DNA of 64,000 nucleotides, taken from contig JAUZTB010000027.1 in the NCBI GenBank assembly GCA_034780895.1, positions 26,918,037 through 26,982,036 of the forward strand, written 5' to 3'. This document shows positions 1 to 12,221 of this stretch, piece after piece. Within the stretch, counting starts at the first letter, position 1. Every line of letters begins with the position of its first letter. Made by a program: the position numbers and the translations under genes. The DNA comes from Rhynchobatus australiae (lineage: Eukaryota). Under the pieces are notes generated by a model. It saw nothing but the letters and a program-made list of their open reading frames with translations, was not told the DNA's origin and ran no database searches.

Positions 1-51
1 TTGTGGGACAAAGGGCCTGTATTGTGCTGTATTGTTCTATGATTCCAGTAT

Positions 52-770
52 GGGGCCTTATCAAAAGCCTTCTGAAAATCTAAATACACCACATTCGTTG
101 ATTGCCCATGGTTATTTGTTAGTCACAATCTCAAAGGTCTCCAGCAGATTAATCAAATATTATTTTTCTTTCATAAATCCATGCTGACATTGTTTAATCA
201 TGTTATATTTTTGAAAGGCAGTCAGTGATTAGAACCTTCATTATGGATACCAACGTTTTCTCTACAACTGACAGCAGGCTAACAGATTGATGGTTCTCTG
301 TTATCTTTCTTCCTTTCTTAAATAGTTGCGTAACATTTGCTACTCTCCAATCCACAGGAACAATTCAAGAATCTGTAGAACTTTGGAAGATGATGACCAG
401 ACATTACCTATCTCCACAACTACCTTTTTCAAAACTCTGGAATGTAGATCATTGAGTCCTTGGAATTTATCAGTTTATTTCCTTCAATTCCTCATTCTCA
501 CTAGACCCTTGGTTCACTGGTAATTCCAACAGATTTGTTTGTCTTTCTCTGTGAAGATTGAAACAAATTAGTTGCTTACTTCTTTTGCCATTTCCTTATT
601 CCCCATTATAACTTCATCATGTCTGTCTGTAAGGGACCCCTAATTGCCTGGGCTTGCTTTTTCCTTTTCATGTACTCATAGAACCTTTTACAGTCCATTT
701 TTACATTTCTTGCCAGTTTAATCTCATATTCCATTTTTCAAGTTCTTGGCCCACCCAATCTTTAGGCCTG
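52..770 (-). mobile_element. CR1/HER1 LINE fragment (reverse transcriptase region), decayed
   Basis: Reverse complement of 52-96 reads NVVYLDFQKAFDKAP, the CR1 RT motif. Adjacent sequence is degraded ORF2-like DNA. Confidence 0.8.
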
Positions 771-1699
771 CCACTGGTCAAATTTGAACCCACACCAACA
801 TGAATTGGAGCACAAGGATTGCTGAGGAGAACTCAGAGAAGAGCACATTGCACTCTTGCTTTATTCAGGAGACTTCAAGAAGATATTAAGCTGAAATTGG
901 GACATCTCATAAGGCAGCTCCAAAGCTCACAGGAGACTGGCCATTCACATTCCAAAGTGCTCAATTTATGCTAGAACAAGCAGCAGTGCTTTTAGGGGAG
1001 TACAACTAATGAGAAAATAATGTTATGCTCAGGTCATCCCACAGGGAGCACACAGTGTGGCAGGTGACTATGGGATGTTAGCTGACCCCAAAGGAGAAGA
1101 CACAGAAATGTACAATAAAGAAGATACCCTGCCCTGCAGCCTTCCTCTCCCAATGGCATCCTGCATACCACTGGATGAGGACTGATTCTCTTCACTGAGC
1201 ACTAAAGTGGTGAAAGCTGTGTTACAATGAATCTGTTTCAGTATTCAACAGCTTTTGAGGTGCAACTTGTTTTTTAATCAATTTGCAAAATATTTGAAGG
1301 GACCTAATTTGGTGCTCATGCTAAATGCAGAAGTGTTTACTCTGTAACTATGACTCTAATGCTTCAGCATATCAACAAAAATGCAATCCAATTTTTAGTA
1401 ACATGTGCTCATCTTTTGCCTTGAAGCCAGATTTCATCCTTCTTTTGCTGTGCCAGACATTTGGTATTAATGGTTAATCAGATTCCCAGCATGACATTAG
1501 GAAATTGACCAAAGGTACATTCAGGACAGTAGCATCATAGTTTACATCCAGAACCATGGGCTAAAATGGGACATGTCCAGATGATAATGGGGGTGTAGGA
1601 AAAGATCCCAATTATTCTATTTCTGCTACCCTGATCGCTGGGGAGAGCATTGGACCTCATAGGAACTTCCCTATGGGAACTAAACACAACAAATGTAGA

Positions 1700-1860
1700 A
1701 AAGAGCAACACACACAAAATGCTGGAGGAACTCAGCAGGTCAGGCAGCATCTACGGAGGGAAATGAACAGTCGACGTCTCAGCCTGAGACCCCTCATCAG
1801 GACTGGAAAGAAATGTGGAAAAGACTGGAGGTTAGGGAAAATGTGGAGGAAGGAGCATGT
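1700..1860 (-). mobile_element. Penelope-like element terminal repeat with hammerhead ribozyme relic
   Basis: Block ACACAAAATGCTGGAGGAACTCAGCAGGTCAGGCAGCATC. The minus strand of 1768-1805 reads CAGTC-CTGATGA-...-GAGAC-GTC-GACTG. Confidence 0.7.
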
Positions 1861-2539
1861 CAATCTTCTCTGTGTAAGGGCTTACTCCATCTAATCAACT
1901 GGGTGAGAACATCTTCCATGCCATGAGTGGTCCCATATCACTGATCAATGATGCAGAAATCACAGCTTGTAGTTCCCATGTGCGAAATGTAAAAGAGACT
2001 GCAATCAGTGACATGTTTTCAAACATCTCAAGCACTGAAAAATTATTGAGGCTGCCAGATGCTGTGTGTCAGACATTTATGTCAGATGGAGATCTTTTAG
2101 CTGAGTTCTCATTGGTGATCTCAGTGTCATGCACTCCTAATATTTTTGTGACCGTTCAGTGAAGTCACAGGTCTAAATTATATTAGCAAGTGANNNNNNN
2201 NNNNNNNNNNNNNNNNNNNNNNNNNNNNNNNNNNNNNNNNNNNNNNNNNNNNNNNNNNNNNNNNNNNNNNNNNNNNNNNNNNNNNNNNNNNNNTGCACAC
2301 AATAAAATATAGAAACATACAGCACATAAACAATGACTTAATTAGGTGAATATCTCACCCTGGGAAAAATCAGACACACTGAGGTAAATTGTACACGGGA
2401 AGACCAGGGCCATTTTCCTGATGGGCATAATTTCAACAGGAGTGGTTAAACCTAAATTAAATCATCTTTATGCACAGTTTGCACATAAAAGGATAACTAA
2501 TGTATACAGTTTCTTGTTTTTTGTTTTATTTACTTTATT

Positions 2540-3008
2540 AAACTTACATAATAAGAACTTGCCAATATCACTCTTGAAAACTCCATTTCACCTCCTAATT
2601 TCCACTATCCTTTGTGCAAAAGATGCCATTCTGCATTTCAATCTCAAATGGTCTTATTCTAATATTAAGATTAAATTCTCACGTGCTGAATTTTACCAGC
2701 AGGTGAACTAATTTCTCAGTAACAATTACACAAAGGCAAGAATATACATTCTGAGGTAAGGAGACCAAAACTGCAAATAACATTCCAGTTGGTCTCACCA
2801 AGGCCCTGTGTAATTGCAGTATGACTTCCTTACTCTTGTATTCAAAACTTCTTGCAACGGACAGCATACTGTTTGTTTTCCTAACCTCCTGCTGCACCTT
2901 TCTATATCGAAATTTCCCAATCTGCCACCATTTGTATATTACACTGTCTTTCTCTTTTCCTACCAAAGGAGACAACTTCACATTTATCCATGTTGTGATG
3001 TGTCTGTT
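2540..3008 (-). mobile_element. CR1 LINE ORF2 3' fragment
   Basis: Minus-strand translation ARSFEYKSKEVILQLHRALVRP matches the CR1 ORF2 C-terminal region (GFEYKSREVLLQLYRALVRPHLEY). Confidence 0.8.
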
Positions 3009-3744
3009 NNNNNNNNNNNNNNNNNNNNNNNNNNNNNNNNNNNNNNNNNNNNNNNNNNNNNNNNNNNNNNNNNNNNNNNNNNNNNNNNNNNNNNNNNNNN
3101 NNNNNNNNNNNNNNNNNNNNNNNNNNNNNNNNNNNNNNNNNNNNNNNNNNNNNNNNNNNNNNNNNNNNNNNNNNNNNNNNNNNNNNNNNNNNNNNNNNNN
3201 NNNNNNNNNNNNNNNNNNNNNNNNNNNNNNNNNNNNNNNNNNNNNNNNNNNNNNNNNNNNNNNNNNNNNNNNNNNNNNNNNNNNNNNNNNNNNNNNNNNN
3301 NNNNNNNNNNNNNNNNNNNNNNNNNNNNNNNNNNNNNNNNNNNNNNNNNNNNNNNNNNNNNNNNNNNNNNNNNNNNNNNNNNNNNNNNNNNNNNNNNNNN
3401 NNNNNNNNNNNNNNNNNNNNNNNNNNNNNNNNNNNNNNNNNNNNNNNNNNNNNNNNNNNNNNNNNNNNNNNNNNNNNNNNNNNNNNNNNNNNNNNNNNNN
3501 NNNNNNNNNNNNNNNNNNNNNNNNNNNNNNNNNNNNNNNNNNNNNNNNNNNNNNNNNNNNNNNNNNNNNNNACAGCATGGATTCTGTCCCTGGCTGTACC
3601 ATGGACCCCTGGCTCTGGATCCCAGCTTATGTTCTGGACCCCAGGCTCACATTTCAGACTAATGAGCAAACTAAATGCTGGGCCATCAGGATTTCCACAC
3701 AATTGGGTGTTGAAATCTGGCATTTGTTGTATTATCATAAATCC

Positions 3745-4300
3745 TTTGTGCTTTATGTTATACTTTATCAAGGATCTCCTGAAAATACCACAGTTATTGG
3801 ATCTATGTTATCTATTCTCCCAGTTACATCCTCAAAAAACTCAGTTGGCTTGTCAAAAATGATTTCTCTTTCATTAATCCAGGCTGACTTTGCCTAATCC
3901 TGTTGATATTTTCTAAGTGTCCTGTTATCAAATCCTTTGCATTTTTGTGTTNNNNNNNNNNNNNACTGGTGTTAGGCTAACAGATCTGTACTTCCCTGTT
4001 TTCTCTCTTTTTTTAATAGATGGCTACATTTGTCACTCTCCAATCTGTCGAAACCACTCTATAATCTACAGAATTTTGGAAGGTGACAACTCCGAAGCTG
4101 CTTTAGAAACTGCACTTTCAGAGGCAATATAAATTGGCTGGGATAAAGTCTGAATGCAAGGCTGCATACGACAGAGACATCACTTCCTCATTTTTGAATT
4201 CCAATCCCCTTTTGATAAAGGCTGACATTCCATTAGCCCTCTGATTGTCTTTTGTACCTGCACGCCAGCTCTTACTGATTGCATACATGGATACCAAAGT
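3745..4300 (-). mobile_element. CR1 LINE fragments
   Basis: Similar to the copy at 55-430 (GGCTAACAGAT, TCCAATC..GAACC..TCT...AGAATTTTGGAAG), typical of CR1 ORF2. Confidence 0.65.
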
Positions 4301-4302
4301 CC

Positions 4303-4400
4303 CTCTGATGAAAGGTCATTGATCTGAAACATTAACGCTTTTCCTCTCTCCACAGATTCTGTTTGATCTCAGCATTTATACTATTTTCTCTTTGTTTTAT
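4303..4400 (+). mobile_element. Penelope-like terminal fragment with hammerhead core
   Basis: CTGATGA(4305-4311)-AGGTC-ATT-GATCT-GAAAC(4326-4330), followed by CTCTCTCCACAGAT as in the other Penelope ends. Confidence 0.6.
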
Positions 4401-5550
4401 CTAAATCTCTTTGTTGTTTTACAGATTCTAGTCTCTTGCCAATTAGAAAATGACCTATTTGTCTTTGTCAGAGCTNNNNNNNNNNNNNNNNNNNNNNNNN
4501 NNNNNNNNNNNNNNNNNNNNNNNNNNNNNNNNNNNNNNNNNNNNNNNNNNNNNNNNNNNNNNNNNNNNNNNNNNNCAGAGCTAAAGCAAATGAGTATGCT
4601 CTTCCCTACATTAAGCTCCAAGGTTTTGTCTACTCTCTTTTCTGTTTGCATCCCTTTATAACTTTCTGCTCCTACTGCATCTGGAAACTTGCATGTCCAA
4701 CTCACCATTGCTTTCTTATTTGTTCAATACACGTAGCGAACAGTTGAGATGCAGTAACATTGATGCAAAACCCACATTCACATAGCACCAATTCGAGAAC
4801 CTTTCAATTATATTTGTAATCTTTCTCCTCCTACCCACTAATCAGTTATCAATCTATGCTGCAGGATTATCAAAGCCTTGCACTTTCGTGCTTTCAGGTA
4901 GTCTGCTTAAAGATATTTATGAATACTCTTCTGTCATCAATGTGATGATCATTGAAAAGTTCTAGTCACAAATGACTTAGCCTTCAGATCTTGGATCTGC
5001 TCTCTAGGATTTGTCCAAATGGTCAATGCCAAGTGGGAATTTGAGGAAAGATTCCAGTTACTTTTCCACATGATATTAAACTGACAGGTTGGTGGTTTCC
5101 TGGTGTCTTGCCAGCTTTCCATGCACATAATTTTCCAATCCAAATGCACTATTCTTTAGTTTAAGGAGTTGTGGAAAATTATAACTGGTGCATTTCAATT
5201 TTCTCATTCATTTCCTTTAATATCCTAGCGTACTGGGTCATGGAGATCTACCTCTTAAGCTCCATAGTGCAACTCATTTACCATGTTTTAAAACTGACGT
5301 TCAACCCACCAAGTTTATTCCCTTGATACTTTTAGGTTCTCAGGCACTACAGTGATATTGTCTATTTTTCTGCTGGAAAAATGGCTATGAAGTATTCACT
5401 TAACAAATCTGTTATTTTCTCATTTCCATTATGACCTTCATCTAACTTTAATAGGTCCTCATTCCCATTTACTACTTAAATATAATTATAATGTCTTCTG
5501 GTTTGAAAGCTTTTCATTATATTTTCTCCCAGATTGCAATTCAAATACAG

Positions 5551-5767
5551 TACGGGCGACCCTACGTAACAGCATTAAGGAAATTCGCCTTTGCAGAATT
5601 TACAAATCACTACCAAAAAATCTGGGAAATGGAAAAAAAATCACTGATAAAATTTATCGGAGAAAAGTAAGTAAAGAAACACAAAATTTATTTCTTTCAA
5701 CTCGCATTTCCTGACATGTGTGCATTACAGGAAATTGCGATACCCTATAATGCAGAGGTTGTCTGTA
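5551..5767. mobile_element. Tigger/pogo-like (Tc1-mariner) MITE
   Basis: TA-flanked imperfect TIRs (TACGGGCGACCCTACGTAAC versus reverse complement TACAGACAACCTCTGCATTAT). An internal 46-bp block is shared with 22011-22056. Confidence 0.55.
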
Positions 5768-5862
5768 TAGATCTTCAGGTCCATAGCTATGTAATGAATG
5801 TCAACAGACAAAATGAAAAAGCTGTGCTATTCAGGTTCATATCTGTCATTTATTTTCGAATG

Positions 5863-6186
5863 ACATAGAAAGTGGTCATTTGACCCATCGGGTTTATGCC
5901 AGCTCTAAGAGCAATCCCATCAATTCCCTTCCCCCCACTTATTAATTTGCAACCTTTTCTGTCTCATGTACCCATCACTTCCACCCTGATTCTACTATCC
6001 CCTGCCTACACTGGGGAAAATTTACATTGACCAATAAATCTTAAAGATTTTTGAGAAAATCACAGCACCTGGAAGAAACTGCACAATCACAGGGAGGAGG
6101 TGCAAACTCCACACAGAGAGCACCCGAAGTCAGGATCCAACCCATGTACCTGGAGCTTGGAGGCAGCAGCACAACCTGCATTGCCA
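5863..6186 (-). mobile_element. HE1-type V-SINE (tRNA-derived)
   Basis: Minus strand has a tRNA-like head (TGCTGCTGCCTC...GGGTTGGATCCTGACTTCGGGTGCT), the V-domain TGTGTGGAGTTTGCAC and a CR1-like tail. Confidence 0.8.
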
Positions 6187-6189
6187 ATG

Positions 6190-8520
6190 GGTTCCTTTGT
6201 GACCAAGACATAACGTAACTATCAGGATCCCAGAGAGTGAAACAACAATATATGTGAGCAGGGTTTCCATTCCATCAATGAAGCAAAGATCAACCATCAT
6301 AAATACTGTAGGGGGTCTCTAGAGCATGTAGTAAACAAAGTGGGCCGCACTATTGTAATTTTCAGCATCCGCAGTAATGCAGAGAGAATTGGGGTTGAGG
6401 AAGGTACAGAAACATGAAGATATATCTTCAGAAAAGGAAGAATTTAATGATTAATCCACAAATGTGGGCAAGAGCAGGCACTGAAGCTTGTAATTCAAGA
6501 GTGAAGCTGATAGTGTGATAGCTTTAGTGACTTCCTCTGTCCCTTTACCCAAAATGTCAGCAGATACCCTTCTCATTATTAGTCACTGTTACAATTTCAC
6601 TACCTCCTTGATTATTTAAGAGATCTGAAATCATTCAGCTGACCTTCATGTCTATCAGGTTCTAACCACATACAGAGGAAATATCTGCAATTAAAAGAAA
6701 ATTGTGGATCAAAATTCTGAATGTAATAAACATGTTGATAGTCATATTAAACTCAACATTATAGTGAATTAATTTGTCACACAAGTGACCACGATATTTA
6801 AAGGACCTGGAAGGTTGCCTTTGCTCATGCTCCGATCACTGAGACACTCTTGGATCAAGCGTCCATGGCTGCACAGAGCAGAGCTGCAAACTTAGCACTT
6901 TGGTCTGATCCGGCTATTTTTATTCATACCATGAATACTGCTGGCCAGGGTGCTGTTGGGCAAACCGACCTGCAGACATTCTGAGAGAGCTCAGCACATG
7001 CCCCTCCTTTGGGAATACTGCCATTTGTGTGGGATTGGACTTAACATCTACTCATCTGTGGGAGAGCAGATTGCAGATGACAAGCACCCCATTAATGATC
7101 TCATCCATTTCTCCATCAGAGTGTCTGAGGTAACCCTCAGTCTCTCATAGACTGAACGTAAATTTGAGCCCAGTGCTGTACTGCAGTGTATCTTCTTCCA
7201 GCAATTTTCCAAAGGCTGTTGCTGAAGTTGACCCCTCATATGTCAGAAGTCATGGTGACAAAATTGCTTAATAAACCTTCCAATGATTCATATAATTGCT
7301 TGTGTGAAACAAGTATTTTTCTTCCCATTTCGTGAAGCCATAATGTGCAGATCTCTCTCCAGCTCAACAGAGCAGGGAGAAGGCCTTGTTTTTGTGAGTC
7401 TCCTGGGCTACTGCTGCTGTTTTTCATTAGCACTGAATGCTTCACCATGAGNNNNNNNNNNNNNNNNNNNNNNNNNNNNNNNNNNNNNNNNNNNNNNNNN
7501 NNNNNNNNNNNNNNNNNNNNNNNNNNNNNNNNNNNNNNNNNNNNNNNNNNNCTTCACCATGAGCAGACCACTCCACCTCACTCTTTGTTCCAGCTAGACT
7601 GTCAATCTCTGTGTTGGTGCTTTGCAAGTGAATGGTTGCCTGATGGTGCCTACTCAGAAGGATCCTCTTTGCTATAGTTGTCATCTTTGGTGGGATGGGT
7701 GCGGGGGTTTCTGTTGCTTAAGAAGGACCTGGAGAAAAGAGAAAACATGTATTAGGATAGCATTGAGGTGTTGGACAGCAGTAGATGACAGACATCCTGA
7801 TGCAGCTTGAAGCTGCCTGCTTGTGCATTATACAACTGTCACAAGGGATGCTAGTAATAATCAGAGATCTTGCTCACTGAAGCTCCCAGCCTTGTTGTAT
7901 CCAATCCTGGCAACTCTTGTGTGGCTGTTGATCTTAGTTCTTGCTACTCCAGCTCTGACAGCCCTCTTTCCTTTCCTGGTTTCAGTCTTCTCCTTGCCTC
8001 TATGCTTTTGCCTACAGTGAGAGAGTGAATAAGTGAGTGTCCTATTCAAGGCAGTGTGCAGATCTCTGGGCTCAGTGTGATATGTAGATGCTGAAAATCC
8101 CGAGAAGTGAAAGGTAATAAGAATAAGGAAGTGGTGATTTAACAAAGGTTGATGATTGTACGTTTGTAAATGGAACAAGGAAGCAATGCATGTGTTAGTG
8201 ATGAGAATGAATAATAGGATAGCACACCCTTTTACCAGGTAGTGTTGGATGAAATGGATAAGAATGGTTGGGAGGGGCTATGTGTTTTTGAGAAAGCTGG
8301 AAGAATGAAGAGCCGTACTTACATGTTTTATTCTTCTGAGATCACTAAATTCCACTGGAGATGGCAACCTTCTCAGCTGTCACCATTCCTTCTTCATATA
8401 TCTTTTGGCTTCGTGGCACTAGGATGGAAGAGAAATTTTCTCCTTGCCTTGACCTATTCCAGCAGGACCACTTAGAAGGCTCCAGTTAACAAGAGACCTT
8501 GCTCAAGACTCATGCCTTCT
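6190..8520 (-). mobile_element. Decayed PIF/Harbinger DNA transposon (Myb/SANT-like ORF relic plus weak transposase traces)
   Basis: Minus strand 8475-8315 reads VVLLE*VKARRKFLFHP..KKEW..FSDL, then a GTAAGT donor (Myb/SANT-like N-terminus). A basic stretch followed by FSEQ at 7870-8010 resembles a transposase N-terminus. Boundaries are uncertain. Confidence 0.5.
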
Positions 8521-9039
8521 GTCTCTTGCTGTATCACTCTTACAGCAAGGTCTTGCTGAAGGGTATGAAGTGATTTTTTAAGAGGTGATTGAAGTAAGCC
8601 TCCATTTCACTTGATGAGTTTTGGATTATGGAAATGAACTGGTCTCCTAGTCAGTTAATTGGAAAATCTGAACAATTATAGGGCTCAAAACAAGCAGGGC
8701 CTGCTTTTAGCTGCTGTGACAGACTTTTGCACGTGTCAGAAATAGTTAAAGTTGGGGCTGAAAATTACTGGAAATACACAAAGTCCATCAACATTGGAAA
8801 AAGAAAAAGATAGCTGATGTTCCTTGTAGAAATTGTATCAGAACTGAAATTAGACTGGACTGGACCCCAATCACAGAAATAACATTCATAAATTAAACAT
8901 TGTCAAATAAGTCACCTTTAAATAAAGGTAAAACATGAGCAATTGTCAACACATCAAATATTGTCTATATCGAGTTAATGGGCAAAATAAATGAGAAGAT
9001 GGTGAGACCACTATGATTTGAAGTTGGTAAATTTAATCT

Positions 9040-9290
9040 TGCAGGCCGATGCACTCAGGAGATTAGAATCAGACCACGTTCTAATATTCAGTGGTGATAT
9101 TAGAAAGTCTCTTTTTCGCATAAGGAGCAGGGAAAACATCATAAATTTACTGAGATTTAGTTACTGAGATTTTGGAATTATAGGCCAAGGTGAGTAAATG
9201 GAGTTAATATTCAGACCACCCTGTATTTAACTGGCTGCGAGATCAGGTTCAAATGGCTGTATGGCCTACTCCTGCTTCTTTGTTTCTATG
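9040..9290 (+). mobile_element. Old CR1 3' end
   Basis: Ends in GGTTCAAATGGCTGTATGGCCTACTCCTGCTTCTTTGTTTCTATG, the CR1 3' terminal motif. Confidence 0.6.
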
Positions 9291-9483
9291 ATGCTGATGT
9301 AATATTGTGAATTATGCCCAGTTAGTAATTGCAAGGACAAACCAGCAGAGACTGTAGAACACACTCAGCTTTTGTTCCAAAGATTTGAATGGAAATAAAA
9401 TTGGCCAGGTTCTCTCAAGGATCCCAATGAAAGAATTTGAATGTTTACAAGACATATAGCTGAGGAATCAATGCCATGGCCAT

Positions 9484-9878
9484 ATCAGTGATAGCCCTAT
9501 TTGTGAAAGGTGTATTGCTGAATTCCAGCTGGTGATAACCCAATTGGTGATAGCCATATTGATTAAAGTGTCTTTTTAATAGTCTTGTTACTGAGAGTCC
9601 TATTAATTGCCTTAGTGATATCTCAGTTGATGGTAATCCTATAAGTATTAGCGATATAAATGATAACTCTGTTGCTGGTAGCCTGATTGGTCTTAGCCCT
9701 GTTGGTGATACCCTAATAGTGATAGCGGTATTGGTGATAATCTGATTGAATATAGCATCATGAGCGATAACCAAATTGATGTTTCCCTATTGATGATATC
9801 TGAATTGATGAACACTGCATCGGTGAGAGTGGTTTTTGTGATAGCCTTAATTGTGGTAGCTCTATTAGTGATGCTTGC
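9484..9878. repeat. Degenerate 15-bp tandem array, about 26-27 units, consensus ATTGGTGATAGCCCT
   Basis: Units include ATCAGTGATAGCCCT, GCTGGTGATAACCCA, ATTGGTGATAGCCAT, ATTGGTCTTAGCCCT, GTTGGTGATACCCTA and ATTGGTGATAATCTG. Confidence 0.85.
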
Positions 9879-10129
9879 TCCCTGTGGGCATGGCTTCCAT
9901 GCTGGGACTGCAGAGACACAAAGTTACCTCTGTAGCTATTGCATGTTTGCACTGACCCTGCTTAGAACAGTGGGGTACCAATGGATGAAAAGTAAAAGTA
10001 AAAAAAAATCATCTATGATTTTCAACATCTCCAATTTCCTTTATCTTTTCATTCTCAGGAAGGTTTGAAATGTGTATCAGGTCAACTAACAAATGAAATC
10101 ATGACAAGCTATTTCTTCTAATTTCTCTC

Positions 10130-10960
10130 CAAAGTTCTTTTGCATGTGGGACTTATTTCTTGCTCCCTTTACCTCATTCCCACTTGTGCCTGAAAACTCA
10201 ACTTCCTTAGCTCACACAGGCCAGTATTATATGTTGTTCTTCTTTCTCTGCAAATACTGTTGCCCTCCCTTTCAAAACCAAATCTTTCTTACAACATACA
10301 GTTAAATTGCTCAAAATAGGTATCTGCCCCACCACTGTCAAGGTGATTTGCTAACCCTCTCATTCTCCCGAACTTCAGATCACATTTTAATGCTGTGGTC
10401 CACAAGTCAGCTTCAGGCACCTCTCCTCTACTGTCCAGCTCATTTAACCACTCTGACTAAACTGTCACATTCAGAGAGAGCACCTCTTGCAGTAACTTTG
10501 CTTGAAGCCATTTTCTTAGCCCTGAGCTGCTTATTCCAGTATTATTCTTCAAAAATGCCATTGGTAGTATTCACCTCCCATTTCAAAAATTCCAATTCTG
10601 TCTTGAACGCTCTTCCATCTTCCATAAGCTTCAACTCTTAAAAACAAACCTCTGCTCACAATTCAGATCAAATCCTCACACATAAGTGGCAATATGTTCA
10701 CCTATTGCCACTTCATTCACTGTCAAATATCAGCTTCTGGTTCAACAAGATTCAAATTTATTTGTTCTGATCTCTACAAGAAAATCCAGCCTGCAGCCCC
10801 CTGAATCCTCTGATATTAGCCTCTCATGCATCCTGAAATTAACATTTTCCCCCACCTTCACCCCCACCTCCACCCCCCCACCACTCCCCTGACCAACCTG
10901 AGGTCCAGTCTTATCCATAACTATCTTTAAGACTGCTTAACATTTCACTAACTGTACTTG
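10130..10960 (+). mobile_element. L2 LINE 3' region, highly decayed
   Basis: TCCATAAGCTTCAACTC..CCTCTGCT and CCTCTGATATTAGCCTCTCATGCATCCTG resemble the L2 ORF2 end. Confidence 0.5.
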
Positions 10961-12221
10961 TCTGTTTTACCCAATTGACAAAACATTCAAATGATATCTA
11001 TATGTCCAGGGCTGATCTGCTTGAATTTTCTGAAACGTTGAATAGTTTGGGATTTTCAAAGTCTTGNNNNNNNNNNNNNNNNNNNNNNNNNNNNNNNNNN
11101 NNNNNNNNNNNNNNNNNNNNNNNNNNNNNNNNNNNNNNNNNNNNNNNNNNNNNNNNNNNNNNNNNNATCTTTAATACTTTTTCAAAGTCTTGCTTATTCC
11201 CACACACCTCTGAAAGGTCTGCAGAGGGCCAAATAATTCATCAAGTTGCTGATATTTCTTTGTTAAGCTGAAAAATGAAGTTAAATTATACCCAATAATA
11301 GGTATTACAATACAAATCTCTTTATTCACCCAGACCAGATACAGCCATCTTCTGAGACCTAGTGATAGACCACAGAGCTAAAGCTTTTTACTGCCAGCTG
11401 ATTGGATAACTGAGTTTGTAAATGTATCTCTGCACCTTGGCTAATTTCCATCCGCCTAAATAAATAGTCCCACTGAAGGTCAGCCTTTTGATGTATGTAT
11501 TATTAATTAGAGGAGAGGCATCATACAATGTTACACCAATGTGACTGTGATTATTTTGTAGATTATTCTACACTGTAGAAGTGTTGCCGGTTAATGATAA
11601 CAAGTTACTGATTTTCTTTTCACTGGAAATGTACTACAGCTAATAGAAGTCAGCCTGACCATTTCATTCTCTATCCGTATTGAGGCCGTAGATATATAGT
11701 TTGGTGGAAATTTATAGCATACCTTTTACAAACATTTGTCATAAATTCATTGTTTGTTGTGAGTAATTTTATATTGGTCTGAATTTCCCAGTGATTGGGA
11801 TGAATATTTTTCTGAAAAAATTGTAAAATCTTGATGTTAATGGAAAACCATTAAACTGGGTGTTCTTACTGTCATCATCAATAAGTTTTAGTACAACATC
11901 TTTGTTTTAGTAACATCATTAAATTTAGAGTGGTGGCCTATATACAAGGTAAACAACTGGGGAGATTTTCATTTGGTGATTGTCAAGCTGACATTTAACA
12001 TCTGATCATGGACTATGCTGCAGAAAGCTATGTAAGCTTGAGGTTATGAATGTTACTCTTTGATCCTTTCACATTGTAGGCCATGGTTTCTTGTGCTTAA
12101 TATATGTTTTATAGGAGTTAGAAACAAGCATTTCTCCCTCACAGGTCATCAGTGACTTAGCATTAAAATAGTGTGGGGTTAAACCCCAATTAACCCTTTG
12201 TAGAATGATGCCAACAGTATC

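Noticed and set aside
9484-9878. CRISPR-like array
   Set aside because: Units are contiguous 15-mers without unique spacers, the context is vertebrate, and there are no cas genes.
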